From assembly GCA_046314355.1 (NCBI GenBank), contig JBKBWQ010000001.1:544001-608000 (forward strand): DNA of 64,000 bases, in the 5' to 3' direction. How positions within the stretch are numbered: the first letter of the stretch is position 1; the number at the start of each line of letters is the position of its first letter. Below are positions 51,531 to 61,305 of this stretch, piece after piece. The notes below the pieces were generated by a model. That model saw only the letters and a program-made list of their open reading frames with translations. It had not been told where the DNA came from and made no database searches. This DNA is from Candidatus Altimarinota bacterium. GTDB taxonomy: Bacteria; Patescibacteriota; Gracilibacteria; 1-14-2-50-48-13. The position numbers were made by a program, and so were the translations under genes.

Positions 51531-51852
51531 ATTGATCTCCTTTTTTCATAATGTAGCAGATATATACCGCTCCTAGACAAAATAATATGTTAATTTACCC
51601 AGAAGCAATATATAGAACACTACATCCAAACTATAAAAGATCTGTCTTTTTGTTTTAACAGAGGATATTCAGAAAATAGAACATGTCAATATATATACAT
51701 AAACACATTATATTTTTTTATATTACATTAAAAAATAACAATAGTACTATATAAATTATATTTCATAATAGTATATTTAAAATCAGCAATAGACAAATAT
51801 ATTTTTATTGTTCTTTATTTAATACAAAGTCCACAATATCTAAAATTTATTA

Positions 51853-52461
51853 TTATATTATTTTACTATTTAAAAGCATTTGAAACTTTTCAACTAATCC
51901 CGCATCTCTTCGCTTTCTTTCTTCATTATCAAGCTTAGACCACACTTTATTAAACCCCTCTGGTACAAATACATTTCCTATCGGATAACCCTTATCAAAG
52001 TCCTTATTTTCAAAGTATTTCATATGGATAATTCCATGAATTTCTTCTGTAATTACCTGTATATTTCCATTGATTTCAGCAAGTGCAATTGCCCATTTAA
52101 AGTATGCGTGGATCTCTTCTTTTTCTAGAGACGTAATTTGAGAATAAAAATACTCCATCCAGTCTTCATCAGATACAGTATCTGGAAGCTCTCCTCCCCA
52201 CCTTCGTACTGCAACTCCAGGCAAACTATTTAGATCTGGTATATAAAATCCTACGTCATTGCTAAAACTCAAAATGCCTGATCTTTCCATATAAAAGCGG
52301 GCTTTATGTTTGGCATTCTCTATAAGAGACATCATCCCTTCTTCTGGTACATCATTAATCCCAAACATATCAGGAGAAAATAATTCAAAGTCACTTAAGT
52401 GCTCTTCCCAGTGCTTTTTCTTACCAGGATTATTGGTCCCTATTAGTAACTGTCTTTTCAT
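51853..52461 (-). CDS. Ham1/ITPase-family NTP pyrophosphatase (divergent)
   Basis: GTNNPGK, ENAKHKA, LPGV, FVPEG. Confidence 0.8.
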   Translation of the reverse strand: MKRQLLIGTNNPGKKKHWEEHLSDFELFSPDMFGINDVPEEGMMSLIENAKHKARFYMERSGILSFSNDVGFYIPDLNSLPGVAVRRWGGELPDTVSDEDWMEYFYSQITSLEKEEIHAYFKWAIALAEINGNIQVITEEIHGIIHMKYFENKDFDKGYPIGNVFVPEGFNKVWSKLDNEERKRRDAGLVEKFQMLLNSKII

Positions 52462-52514
52462 AAAAATTTATATAAAAAAATACCTCATTTCTGAGGTATT
52501 TTTACTTGTATGAC

Positions 52515-52832
52515 TTATGCTACGATATCAACAATCTGAAGTCGAGTCTGATAGCTTCGATGTCCAAATGCTCTTCGCTGTCTTTTCTTTGACTTCATCT
52601 TGAATACTCGGATCTTCTCTCCTCTCTGATGATTGAGAACCTTTACCTTTATCTTTACTCCATCAACAAACGGAGCACCTACAGAAACTGCATCTTTTCC
52701 GTCCTTATTAAAAAGAACAACATTTCCAAGCTCCATCTCGGATCCTTCATCTGCAGATAGCTGATCTACAATAATCGTCTTCCCTTTCTCAACCATGAAT
52801 TGTTTTCCGGCAATTTCAAGTACAGCAAACAT
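52515..52832 (-). CDS. rplU: 50S ribosomal protein L21
   Basis: MFAVLEIAGKQF, VGAPFV, GHRSYQT. Confidence 0.97.
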   Translation of the reverse strand: MFAVLEIAGKQFMVEKGKTIIVDQLSADEGSEMELGNVVLFNKDGKDAVSVGAPFVDGVKIKVKVLNHQRGEKIRVFKMKSKKRQRRAFGHRSYQTRLQIVDIVA

Positions 52833-52956
52833 AAGTAATTCATACAAAATAAGCCCTCACACTATATTGGTTTAAAGGCAGTAGGTCAAGTTTTTCTTGT
52901 GAAAATTAAGGAGTTTTCTGGTATAATAAAAAGAAGGTTTATTTCTACCTCAATGT

Positions 52957-53442
52957 ATGCAGTTTAAGATTCCTCAAAATATAGATATTGAAGAGAAAAT
53001 TCTTCCTTTTCTGACAATCAAACAGCTGTTTATTTTGCTGGGTGGGGGTGCGGTTGCGTATCTCATTTATATTGCGTCAGTAGGGCGTTATGATCCAAGT
53101 ATTTACCTTATTCCAGTCATACTCATAGTTGTTGTAACGGTGCTTATCGCATTTTTTAAAATGGAGAATATCACCTTTATCAAGCTCGTACTGCTTATGA
53201 TGGAGTCTCTTATAAATCCTCGTACAAGAGTTTGGTTCCACTATGCTGAGCCACTTTCTCCTTTAGATGAGTATGATATTCTTCTGCAGCTAGAGCAAGA
53301 AGGTACTAAGAAATCTCCTCAACCTGTCCAAAATCAGAATGATCTTTTACATAATCTCGAAAATCTTACTCAAGTCGTTGATACATCTCAAAATTTTCTT
53401 TCAGAAAAACCTACTTATCAGGATGAACGTCCTTCATCATAA
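52957..53442 (+). CDS. PrgI family protein
   Basis: FKIPQNIDIEEKILPFLTIKQL, two TMs, PRTRVW. Confidence 0.8.
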   Translation: MQFKIPQNIDIEEKILPFLTIKQLFILLGGGAVAYLIYIASVGRYDPSIYLIPVILIVVVTVLIAFFKMENITFIKLVLLMMESLINPRTRVWFHYAEPLSPLDEYDILLQLEQEGTKKSPQPVQNQNDLLHNLENLTQVVDTSQNFLSEKPTYQDERPSS

Positions 53443-53453
53443 TTTTCACTACT

Positions 53454-54155
53454 ATGGCTGATTCAGTCAAAAAAAATACATCCTCTTCAGCAAATTCTAC
53501 TATACGGTATCTTCCCTTTTCGGAGATTCACGATGATACACTTATTTTAAAAGATGGAAGTCTTCGAGGTGTAGTAGAGGTTGGCAGTGTAAACTTCAGC
53601 TTAAAATCAGAGGAGGAGCAAAATGCCATTATTTACTCATATCAGAATTTCCTAAATTCTCTAGAATTTCCTGTACAAATTCTTATTAAATCCAAAAAGC
53701 TCGATCTTGATGATTATTTAGATAAGTTGAGAGTAGTAGCCGAACAGCAGACAAATCCTCTCTTAAAAAAACAGACAATCGACTATATTCAGTTTATTGG
53801 AAAGCTTATTGAATATGCAGATATCATGGAGAAGAAATTTTATATCGTGATTCCTTACGATACGCTCACAGGTGGTCAGAAGAAAAATATGTTTCAGCTC
53901 TTTCTCTCTAGTATCAATCCTGATGATTCAATCTCAAAATATAAATCCCGAAAGAAAGAATTCGTGGATTACAAAAAAGGTCTCTTACAGAGAATGAGTA
54001 TTATACAATCAGCTTTAGAGAGCTGCGGGCTGACTACAAAGATACTAACAACCAAAGATCTTATTCAGCTCTTCTACGGTATCTATAACCCTCTTACAGC
54101 GATGGATCAGAAACTGAAGGAGATAAATATCTTGGAGCCCCAGGCGGCAAAATAG
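53454..54155 (+). CDS. TraC/VirB4 N-terminal-like protein (no ATPase)
   Basis: SVNFSLKSEEEQNAI, FLNSLEFPVQI, KFYIVIPY, FYGIYNP. Confidence 0.7.
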   Translation: MADSVKKNTSSSANSTIRYLPFSEIHDDTLILKDGSLRGVVEVGSVNFSLKSEEEQNAIIYSYQNFLNSLEFPVQILIKSKKLDLDDYLDKLRVVAEQQTNPLLKKQTIDYIQFIGKLIEYADIMEKKFYIVIPYDTLTGGQKKNMFQLFLSSINPDDSISKYKSRKKEFVDYKKGLLQRMSIIQSALESCGLTTKILTTKDLIQLFYGIYNPLTAMDQKLKEINILEPQAAK

Positions 54156-54160
54156 GACTC

Positions 54161-54225
54161 ATGTAATTGGATTCAATAATTGAGCTCAATTACTTAATTA
54201 TTGAGCCCAATTACTAAATTACTCT
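54161..54225. repeat. ATTGAGCTCAAT-type palindromic array, copy 6
   Basis: GTAATTGGATTCAATAATTGAGCTCAATTACTTAATTATTGAGCCCAATTAC. Confidence 0.9.
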
Positions 54226-54291
54226 TCAAAAAAAGCACCTCTTATTTCTAAGAAGTGCTTTTTATTGAACGCAATATTCTTCCTTTCAGAA

Positions 54292-54993
54292 TTATTTTGC
54301 GCTTACCGCATCGCTGATATCTACACCGATTGCAGGTCCCATAGTAGTAGTCAATGAAAGAGTCTTCATATAAACACCCTTGATACCTGTTGGCTTAGCT
54401 GCGCTTACTGCCTTGATAAAGGCAATAACGTTCTCGAGAAGCTTCTCTTTTCCAAAAGAAACCTTTCCAAAACTTGCGTGGATAATACCGAATTTATCAG
54501 TCTTAAACTCAACTTTACCTGCCTGGAGCTCCTGGATTGTTTTAGCAATCTCGGTAGTAACTGTTCCAGACTTTGGATTTGGCATCATACCCTTTGGTCC
54601 AAGTACCTTAGCAACTTTTGCAAGGTCTCTCATCATATCAGGTGTTGCAATAGCAATATCGAATTCAAGAAATCCTTTATTGATCTCTTCGATCAAATCC
54701 TGATTTCCTGCTCTAACTGCTCCAGCTTTTGTAGCTTCTTCAATTTTATCATCACCAACGATGGCAACAACTCGAACCTTTTTACCAGTTCCATGAGGAA
54801 GTGCTACAGTGCTTCGTACAATCTGATCTGCATATTTAGGATCAGCATTCAAGTTGAAATGAATTTCAGATGAAGCATCAAATTTTACAGTAGAAGTCTC
54901 TGTAAGAAGCGCAATTGCTTCTGCAAGAGGATAGAGTTTCCCCTTCTCTACTTTTTTCTGTGCTTCAACATACTTTTTACCTCTTTTTTTCAT
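54292..54993 (-). CDS. rplA: 50S ribosomal protein L1
   Basis: LPHGTGK, LGPKGMMPNPKSGTVT, TTMGP. Confidence 0.99.
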   Translation of the reverse strand: MKKRGKKYVEAQKKVEKGKLYPLAEAIALLTETSTVKFDASSEIHFNLNADPKYADQIVRSTVALPHGTGKKVRVVAIVGDDKIEEATKAGAVRAGNQDLIEEINKGFLEFDIAIATPDMMRDLAKVAKVLGPKGMMPNPKSGTVTTEIAKTIQELQAGKVEFKTDKFGIIHASFGKVSFGKEKLLENVIAFIKAVSAAKPTGIKGVYMKTLSLTTTMGPAIGVDISDAVSAK

Positions 54994-55007
54994 AAGATTT
55001 GTAGTTT

Positions 55008-55037
55008 CGTGGTACGAGCGGCGGAAGGCCTCCCACG
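55008..55037 (-). promoter_or_regulatory. L1-binding leader before rplA
   Basis: CGTGGGAG...TACCACG. Confidence 0.75.
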
Positions 55038-55048
55038 TTAAATAAAAA

Positions 55049-55543
55049 TTACAATTTCTTTCTTAGCACAAAGAAATGGAGGATATATATAGGCAAGAAG
55101 ACGATAGTGAGTACCAAGGCAAGCAAGTTACTCTTTTCGAAATCAATGGCTTTCTGCTCTTCGATCTGTACTTTACGTGAATTCTTACAATTTTCAGTGA
55201 CACTTGTCTTTTCTTGAGGTGAAAGGGTTGCACCGCTTGCAGTCGTCATATCCTTTGAGGGACCATTTCCGTAAGCGTATGGATTGTATTCACAATCATT
55301 CAGCATATACATATATGAAGAATCAAGGGCCTTAGGAAAAAAATATCTACCGAGTATATTATATGCTCCTGTTGCAAGTCCTATAAGGAAAACTCCAAGA
55401 CTTAAAAGTGATACTACATAAATGTAGAGCCCTTTCAGTACATGCATTTTATCTTCCTTTATATGAACCATGGCAGCAGATATAAATATAATTATAATAA
55501 GAACTATAAGCAAAGCCATTCCGATTGAGAAAAGCCCTCCCAT
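55049..55543 (-). CDS. membrane protein inserted between rplK and rplA (DUF5671-like)
   Basis: LYIYVVSL, two Cys, LPIYILHF. Confidence 0.7.
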   Translation of the reverse strand: MGGLFSIGMALLIVLIIIIFISAAMVHIKEDKMHVLKGLYIYVVSLLSLGVFLIGLATGAYNILGRYFFPKALDSSYMYMLNDCEYNPYAYGNGPSKDMTTASGATLSPQEKTSVTENCKNSRKVQIEEQKAIDFEKSNLLALVLTIVFLPIYILHFFVLRKKL

Positions 55544-55544
55544 A

Positions 55545-55982
55545 TTATTCAGGCTGACCTGTAACAGTCACTCCCATACTTCTTGCAGTACCTGCAATGA
55601 TAAGAGCTCGCGCTTCATCATCATGGGCACTAAGATCAGAAGCTTTCTCCTGTCCAATTTCTTTACACTGATCCCAAGTGATAGTACCTACCTTTGTCTT
55701 GTTTGGTACACCTGATCCTTTTGGAATATTAATCTTCTGACAGATCAATACTGCCGCAGGAGGAGTCTTGAGGATAAATGAAAAAGTTCGGTCTTCATAG
55801 ATAGAAATCTCTACCGGAATAACCGTGTCTCCTTTCTCTCGAGTCTTGTCGTTAAACTGACTACAGAACTCTTGAATGTTGATACCTGTTGGTCCTAGGG
55901 CAGTACCCACCGGAGGTGCAGGGTTGGCCTTTCCAGCTTTAAGCTGAATCTTGACCATTTTCGTGACCTTTTTAGCAGCCAT
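55545..55982 (-). CDS. rplK: 50S ribosomal protein L11
   Basis: [29 protein letters not shown]. Confidence 0.99.
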   Translation of the reverse strand: MAAKKVTKMVKIQLKAGKANPAPPVGTALGPTGINIQEFCSQFNDKTREKGDTVIPVEISIYEDRTFSFILKTPPAAVLICQKINIPKGSGVPNKTKVGTITWDQCKEIGQEKASDLSAHDDEARALIIAGTARSMGVTVTGQPE

Positions 55983-55998
55983 AGAAAATAGATGTTAT

Positions 55999-56035
55999 GT
56001 GGTTCAAGCAATCCGCAATGATACGAATCTCCCAC
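55999..56035 (-). promoter_or_regulatory. L1-binding leader before rplK
   Basis: GTGGGAG...ACCAC. Confidence 0.75.
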
Positions 56036-56047
56036 TAATAAAGTATA

Positions 56048-56830
56048 TTATAACGATCGGAAAAACTCATTAAAGTCCTCTTTTAGGCTAGATACTACGT
56101 CCACTGCGTAGTTAGCTCCTGTTTTGGACTCTACTACTATACGCAATAATTCTGGTTTATCAATATTATTATAATAAAACCCTCTTCTGCCAAATGCAGC
56201 ATCGGAGACCGTTATCTTTGGATTTTGAAGTACTCTTTGTGCTAGATCTCTCAAGAATAAGTTTACATTTCTTATAGTAGGGTCGACTTTCTTGATCTCA
56301 TAGAGAAATCCTACCTGATTACCATTTTTCTGCAGAATATATCTTTCTACTTTTACTGCTGTAGCATATGGGGTCAATGTTTCATAAAGTCTATTCTCTT
56401 TATATTCTGTCTTCACTACCAGATAATTTTTTCCTAATGTTGTCTGAGCGTATGCCTGCAAAGAAGCCTGTGAGACTGGATTTGTCGTTGTACCATTATT
56501 AGTACTTGTGGGAACTACAGCATTTGCATTTTGATTAGCTACCATGGCAGCATTCTGATTTGCCTGCGGTTTTGTAGTATTTAAATTTTCCTGTACTGGG
56601 ATGCTAGTTACAACATTTTGATTAACAACAGCAGGAACTATGTTTTCATTTACTGGCACCTGTAGGGCTACATTCTCATTTCTTGTACTTTCTTCACCGC
56701 CAAAAGCCAACTGAATTGCAGCTGGCTTTTCTTTATGTAGGCTCAAATATATTCCTCCAGATATGATACAGAGAAAAAATAACACAATTGTGAGTACTTC
56801 TCTAGCTAGACTTCCGGAGCGTGAAGACAT
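56048..56830 (-). CDS. membrane-anchored protein with Asn/Thr-rich linker
   Basis: N-terminal TM, NQN repeats; lies between nusG and rplK. Confidence 0.8.
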   Translation of the reverse strand: MSSRSGSLAREVLTIVLFFLCIISGGIYLSLHKEKPAAIQLAFGGEESTRNENVALQVPVNENIVPAVVNQNVVTSIPVQENLNTTKPQANQNAAMVANQNANAVVPTSTNNGTTTNPVSQASLQAYAQTTLGKNYLVVKTEYKENRLYETLTPYATAVKVERYILQKNGNQVGFLYEIKKVDPTIRNVNLFLRDLAQRVLQNPKITVSDAAFGRRGFYYNNIDKPELLRIVVESKTGANYAVDVVSSLKEDFNEFFRSL

Positions 56831-56846
56831 ATGAAACGGCTTAAAA

Positions 56847-57392
56847 TTATTTCTTCTTTATCTGCGTAAAATCAAGTTCTACTGGTGTTTCTCTTCCGAA
56901 CATACTTACAAGTACCTCAACTTTACCCTTATTATCATCAATTTCACTAATCGTTCCTTCATATGTATTAAATGGTCCTTCTGTAATAATAACCATTTCA
57001 CCCATCTCAAAGTCAATTTTGAATGAATTATCCTTATCTCCCATTCGTCTCTTGATCATCTTGAATTCTTCAAGAGACACAGGAACTGGAATATTTCCAG
57101 AACCTACGAATCCAGTAACATTTGGAGTGTTTCGTACAACATACCAAGATTCATCAGTTACATTCATTTCCACAAGTACGTATCCTGGAAAAATTCTTTT
57201 TTTCTCAGATTTTTTTTCTCCTTTTTTAATCACGATCTGTGTCTCCTCAGGGACAACTACATCGAAAATAAAATCCTGCATATTGTAAGTCTCGATTCTT
57301 TGTCTGATCGCTCTTTCTACAGCGTATTCGTATCCTGCGTAAGTATGTATCGCATACCAGTTGCGTCCTGTATTTTGTAATTGCTTAGCCAC
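56847..57392 (-). CDS. nusG: transcription termination/antitermination factor NusG
   Basis: WYAIHTYAGYE, FPGYVLV, TPNVTGFVG, KOW motif, FGRETPVEL. Confidence 0.99.
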   Translation of the reverse strand: MAKQLQNTGRNWYAIHTYAGYEYAVERAIRQRIETYNMQDFIFDVVVPEETQIVIKKGEKKSEKKRIFPGYVLVEMNVTDESWYVVRNTPNVTGFVGSGNIPVPVSLEEFKMIKRRMGDKDNSFKIDFEMGEMVIITEGPFNTYEGTISEIDDNKGKVEVLVSMFGRETPVELDFTQIKKK

Positions 57393-57421
57393 TTTTTTAA
57401 ATGGGTAGGTATATAAAAGAC

Positions 57422-57736
57422 CTAGTTACTAGGTGTAGTAGTCGGTGTCGTAGTCGGAGTGATCTCTACATTAGATGTCCCTTCTCCTGTTGCCGTAGTC
57501 TGTACGTCTGTAGGAAGAATCGGAGTAGTGTTCTGTGTAGTTGGAAGTGAGTTTGAAGCTGGAAGAGCGCTATAGATTGACTTCATTCCATAGTCTACAA
57601 GAGTAGCTATTGCTGAGAAGATCAAAACAAAGACAACTACATTCACAGTATGCTTGATAAGCTCATCTGTTTTTGGCCATGAAACTTTGCGTATTTCACT
57701 CCAAGAATCTTTAAAGAACTGAATTAGTGTACCCAC
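57422..57736 (-). CDS. secE: preprotein translocase SecE with Thr/Pro-rich tail
   Basis: EIRKVSWP plus TM; upstream of nusG. Confidence 0.93.
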   Translation of the reverse strand: MGTLIQFFKDSWSEIRKVSWPKTDELIKHTVNVVVFVLIFSAIATLVDYGMKSIYSALPASNSLPTTQNTTPILPTDVQTTATGEGTSNVEITPTTTPTTTPSN

Positions 57737-57848
57737 GGCGTAAGGATAAATTACAAGTTAAATTGAAAAAGCGTAAAAGTGCTTTACATGCAGTGTCTAT
57801 TATAGAGAAGTGGGATAAGACTGCAAGGGGAAATTAGGAATGGAACTC

Positions 57849-57966
57849 GGTAATTTGGCACACATAATTGGACTCAATAATTAAGTAATTGAACTCAATT
57901 ACCGTAGCCCTAATTATAAGAGTCCAATTATGAGCCCTGAATATTGAGCCAAAATTACTAATTACT
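57849..57966. repeat. ATTGAGCTCAAT-type palindromic array, copy 7
   Basis: AATTTGGCACACATAATTGGACTCAATAATTAAGTAATTGAACTCAATT...GAGTCCAATT..ATTGAGCCAAAATT. Confidence 0.88.
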
Positions 57967-58029
57967 TCCTCACTTCTCTTGCCTAAACCTTATCTCTCGC
58001 TATAATTCATCATGCATCTAAATCTGCAT

Positions 58030-58115
58030 GCCGAAATGGCGGAATTGGTAGACGCGCACGACTCAAAATCGTGTACATTCTATGTGTGAGGGTTCGATTC
58101 CCTCTTTCGGCACCA
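58030..58115 (+). tRNA. tRNA-Leu(CAA)
   Basis: Anticodon loop CTCAAAA, variable arm, GGTTCGATTCC, encoded CCA. Confidence 0.97.
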
Positions 58116-58362
58116 TTCTTCGCTGCTAGACGCAGCTACGAATGGCACAGCCAGAATGGAATGATACTTCGTAAACGAAGTATTTTATTGTATAGCGAAG
58201 AATGTCCCTCGTAGCCTACACCTGAATGGTAAGCTGCTTGTTCATCATGGCGAAGAGGGGCTCTAAAAATTAAGTAGAACTATGTTCGATACTTAACCTC
58301 ATACTTTTTTTGATAACTCACCATATCAGCTCACTTGCCACTCACACTCCTGAGCCTTGCAT

Positions 58363-58881
58363 CTATTTGCCATAATACCAAAACTCTAGCTTATCACCGG
58401 TTTCTTCTGTATCTCTTATATGTATCTGCTTCGTGAAGTGCTCAGGAATGTCAGGAAAAAATAGGTCACAGTCATAATTTTTTTGAATCCTAGTAAGATA
58501 GACTCCATCTATGTCCGGCAACTCCATCACCGTATGATAGAGTTGAGCTCCGCCAATAATAAAGATTTTTTCTACAGTCTGGTATTCTCTGTATAAAACA
58601 TGTTCAAGAGAATCTACTACAGTTGCACCCAAGAGGTGCAGATTCTTGTTTGATGATAAAACAATATTCTCTCTACCTGGAAGAGGTCTGAACTGATCTG
58701 GTATCGTTTCCCAAGTCTTTCTACCCATGATAACAATATTATGCTTAGCCGGATCAAGCGTCTCAGAAGTAATTTGCTTAAAAAACTTCATATCACTTGG
58801 ATAATGCCATGGAATTCCCCCTTCTTTTGCGAGACCGCCTATTTTATCTACGGCGGCGATTACGTATATCTTTGGTTTCAT
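58363..58881 (-). CDS. folA: dihydrofolate reductase
   Basis: IPWH.PSDMKFF, IMGRKTWE, RPLPGR, IIGG, CDLFFP. Confidence 0.97.
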   Translation of the reverse strand: MKPKIYVIAAVDKIGGLAKEGGIPWHYPSDMKFFKQITSETLDPAKHNIVIMGRKTWETIPDQFRPLPGRENIVLSSNKNLHLLGATVVDSLEHVLYREYQTVEKIFIIGGAQLYHTVMELPDIDGVYLTRIQKNYDCDLFFPDIPEHFTKQIHIRDTEETGDKLEFWYYGK

Positions 58882-58882
58882 T

Positions 58883-59698
58883 TTAAACGGCTATTGGAAA
58901 TTTGATAAAAGGTTCATGTGTATATCCCTCTAGTGAAAAATCCTCAAATTTTAATTCCCAGAAAGGTTTATTTGCAATTTTGAGAGTAGGCAGACTATGA
59001 GGCTTTCTTTCAAGCTGGGTTTTAATACCCTCAACCTGATTAATATAAATGTGTGCATCTCCAAGTGTATGTGTAAATATACCTGGAGTCAAACCACATT
59101 CCTGCGCAATCATGCTCATCAAGAGTGCATAGCTCGCAATGTTATATGGAACCCCCAGAGGAATATCTGCACTTCGTTGATAAAGCTGGCAATCCAGTCT
59201 TCCCTTCACTACATAAAACTGAAAGAATGCATGGCATGGGGGAAGAGCCATTCTATCAATATCAGCTACATTCCATGCACTTACAATAATCCTTCTGCTA
59301 TTTGGATTCTTTTTAATAGTATCTATCACTTCCTGAATCTGATTAATATGAGATTTTGTATACTGTCCCGTTTTATCATCCGGAGTAAATTTATCCCATT
59401 TAGTCCACTGGTATCCATAGATTGGACCAAGATTTCCCTCTTTATCTGCCCAGTCATCCCAAATCTTTGTGTATTCATGCAGTCCCTCATGAATGTTTGT
59501 TGAACCTTTCAGAAACCAAAGCAACTCTCTAAGAATAGCATCAAAGCTTACTTTCTTCGTAGTCACTATAGGAAATCCTTGCCGTAGATCATATTTACTC
59601 TGCGTTCCAAAGATAGAAATGGTACCTGTGCCAGTACGATCCCCTTTCTCTTCGCCAAACTTCAATACTTCGCGGACAAGATCGAGATACTGTTTCAT
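58883..59698 (-). CDS. thyA: thymidylate synthase
   Basis: DRTGTGT, LPPCH, YQRSAD, DAHIY. Confidence 0.99.
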   Translation of the reverse strand: MKQYLDLVREVLKFGEEKGDRTGTGTISIFGTQSKYDLRQGFPIVTTKKVSFDAILRELLWFLKGSTNIHEGLHEYTKIWDDWADKEGNLGPIYGYQWTKWDKFTPDDKTGQYTKSHINQIQEVIDTIKKNPNSRRIIVSAWNVADIDRMALPPCHAFFQFYVVKGRLDCQLYQRSADIPLGVPYNIASYALLMSMIAQECGLTPGIFTHTLGDAHIYINQVEGIKTQLERKPHSLPTLKIANKPFWELKFEDFSLEGYTHEPFIKFPIAV

Positions 59699-60109
59699 AA
59701 ATATGGGTAGTGAATAATTAATTAATATTAACTACATTTTTTGATCAAAGGCAAAGAATTCTGGTATTTTCTAAAATCTCTGTTTAAAGCCCTAAGAGCC
59801 AAGGTCCGATGCCTATATTTACAAAGTGTTTACTAAAGCCAAGTTTTAATAGTACTTTCTCTAGGTTTAGAGATTCGTATCTGTTTCTTACAGCTTATAT
59901 CCAGTAATATTGACATTTTTATATAGAAGTATATAAGTCTTTAGTTCTTTGAAATCTAGAAATTGCAGTAAGTTTTGAATGGTTCTTTGAAAGGTGTAGA
60001 GATACGACTTTAAGAAGGAATGTTCATGCCCTTGCTGCAATGAAAAGCAGTATAGTACTTATTATTATATTAAAATTTGCCAGATCGAACTGGAGAAAGA
60101 AGGAAAAGT

Positions 60110-60763
60110 ATGAGTAATTTGAAGAAAGTCATCGTTACAACTATTGGTTTGGGAATTGTTTTTATTGGCGGTTGTACACAGCCACCAATTACTGCTAAGC
60201 AAGCTACTAGTGAAATCTCTTCACAGAAAAGCACAGATAAACCAAAGGAAGGAGGCATAATTGTCAGCTTTCCTTTCGAGAAATTTCAAAAGGAATATGA
60301 TAAAAAAATAGCAGAGGATGAGGTTGAGAGAGAGAAAAAGGCAAAGTCTAATGGAGATAAGATAGTTTTTATGATGAGTCCTGATTCTGCAAAGAATACT
60401 ACCATTATAAAAATTAAGAATGTTGGCGACGAGAATGTGTATTTAGAGGATGTTACATTCCTTTTTTATGCAGAAAAAACCACATTTTTAAAAAAAATTG
60501 AAATTCTTGATAAAGAAAAGATAGTTCTGGCATACGAAAATATTGCATTAGGTGAGAAAGGAACTCTAATAGAAATGCGTCCACACCATCTCATCCCAAA
60601 AGATGAGGTAAAGGAACTTACTCTTAGATATACAAGAAACAGCGATAGTGATACTGAAGTGATTGTGCTCTACCAGTCTGACTATTCAGTTATCGGTAAT
60701 AGCACTGGAATACTTTCACGTAAAAAAGAAAGTGAATACATATATGTAGGTAATTCACTATAA
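60110..60763 (+). CDS. hypothetical lipoprotein
   Basis: MSNLKK..IGGC lipobox; long leader with two GTTCTTTGAAA sites. Confidence 0.75.
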   Translation: MSNLKKVIVTTIGLGIVFIGGCTQPPITAKQATSEISSQKSTDKPKEGGIIVSFPFEKFQKEYDKKIAEDEVEREKKAKSNGDKIVFMMSPDSAKNTTIIKIKNVGDENVYLEDVTFLFYAEKTTFLKKIEILDKEKIVLAYENIALGEKGTLIEMRPHHLIPKDEVKELTLRYTRNSDSDTEVIVLYQSDYSVIGNSTGILSRKKESEYIYVGNSL

Positions 60764-60839
60764 AAATTGACCGCAAGGGTATTACAAACTGGCCATAATT
60801 AATTTTATGGTCTTTTTCTCTATTCCTCCCTAAACACAT

Positions 60840-61305
60840 AAAAGTCGCCATTTGGTAATGGCGAACTTTTTATTTTTGTTTCGTTTGGAGTGCGAGTTTT
60901 GGCGCCCCAAGAAACGTATAGAAGTCGACGGAACCTCTCTGTTGTAGATCTCAACCTTACTTCGGTAATACAATGTCCCGCATCCCAAGGGTCGCTATAG
61001 CGAGATTTGATGAGCCGATTTTAGACTTGCTCCAAAGAGGAAGACCAGCCGCACCGCATCTCAGCAGTGGTGGAGGAGCAATTGGGAGTCACCCAAACGT
61101 CCAGTTTCATAAAGTAGAGACAAATGAGAGCAAGATGGAATCCCTACGGGAGAGAGCCTACATCTCTGGCTCAGAAAGTTTAGTGCCTCTCAGTGAACCT
61201 TGGTAGATTATGAGTGGTACGCTTCCGTGAGACACGATGAGATGAATAGGCCATCTATCTTTCATTTATCCCTGCTTGTGTTGTTAAAGATCTTTTTTGT
61301 TTTGA
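60840..61305 (-). ncRNA. candidate long structured RNA, locus B
   Basis: GC-richer than flanks, many hairpins; TTGATT-17-TAAGAT promoter; boxA-like GATCTTTAACAA; terminator 60840-60870. Confidence 0.45.

Noticed and set aside
52957-54155. Complete conjugative element
   Set aside because: No relaxase, coupling protein, integrase or boundaries
58030-60763. Integrated element at tRNA-Leu
   Set aside because: No integrase or duplicated tRNA 3' end; neighbours are folA and thyA
60973-61206. 77-aa + strand ORF
   Set aside because: No clear promoter or SD, and it lies downstream of terminators; expression signals point to the minus strand
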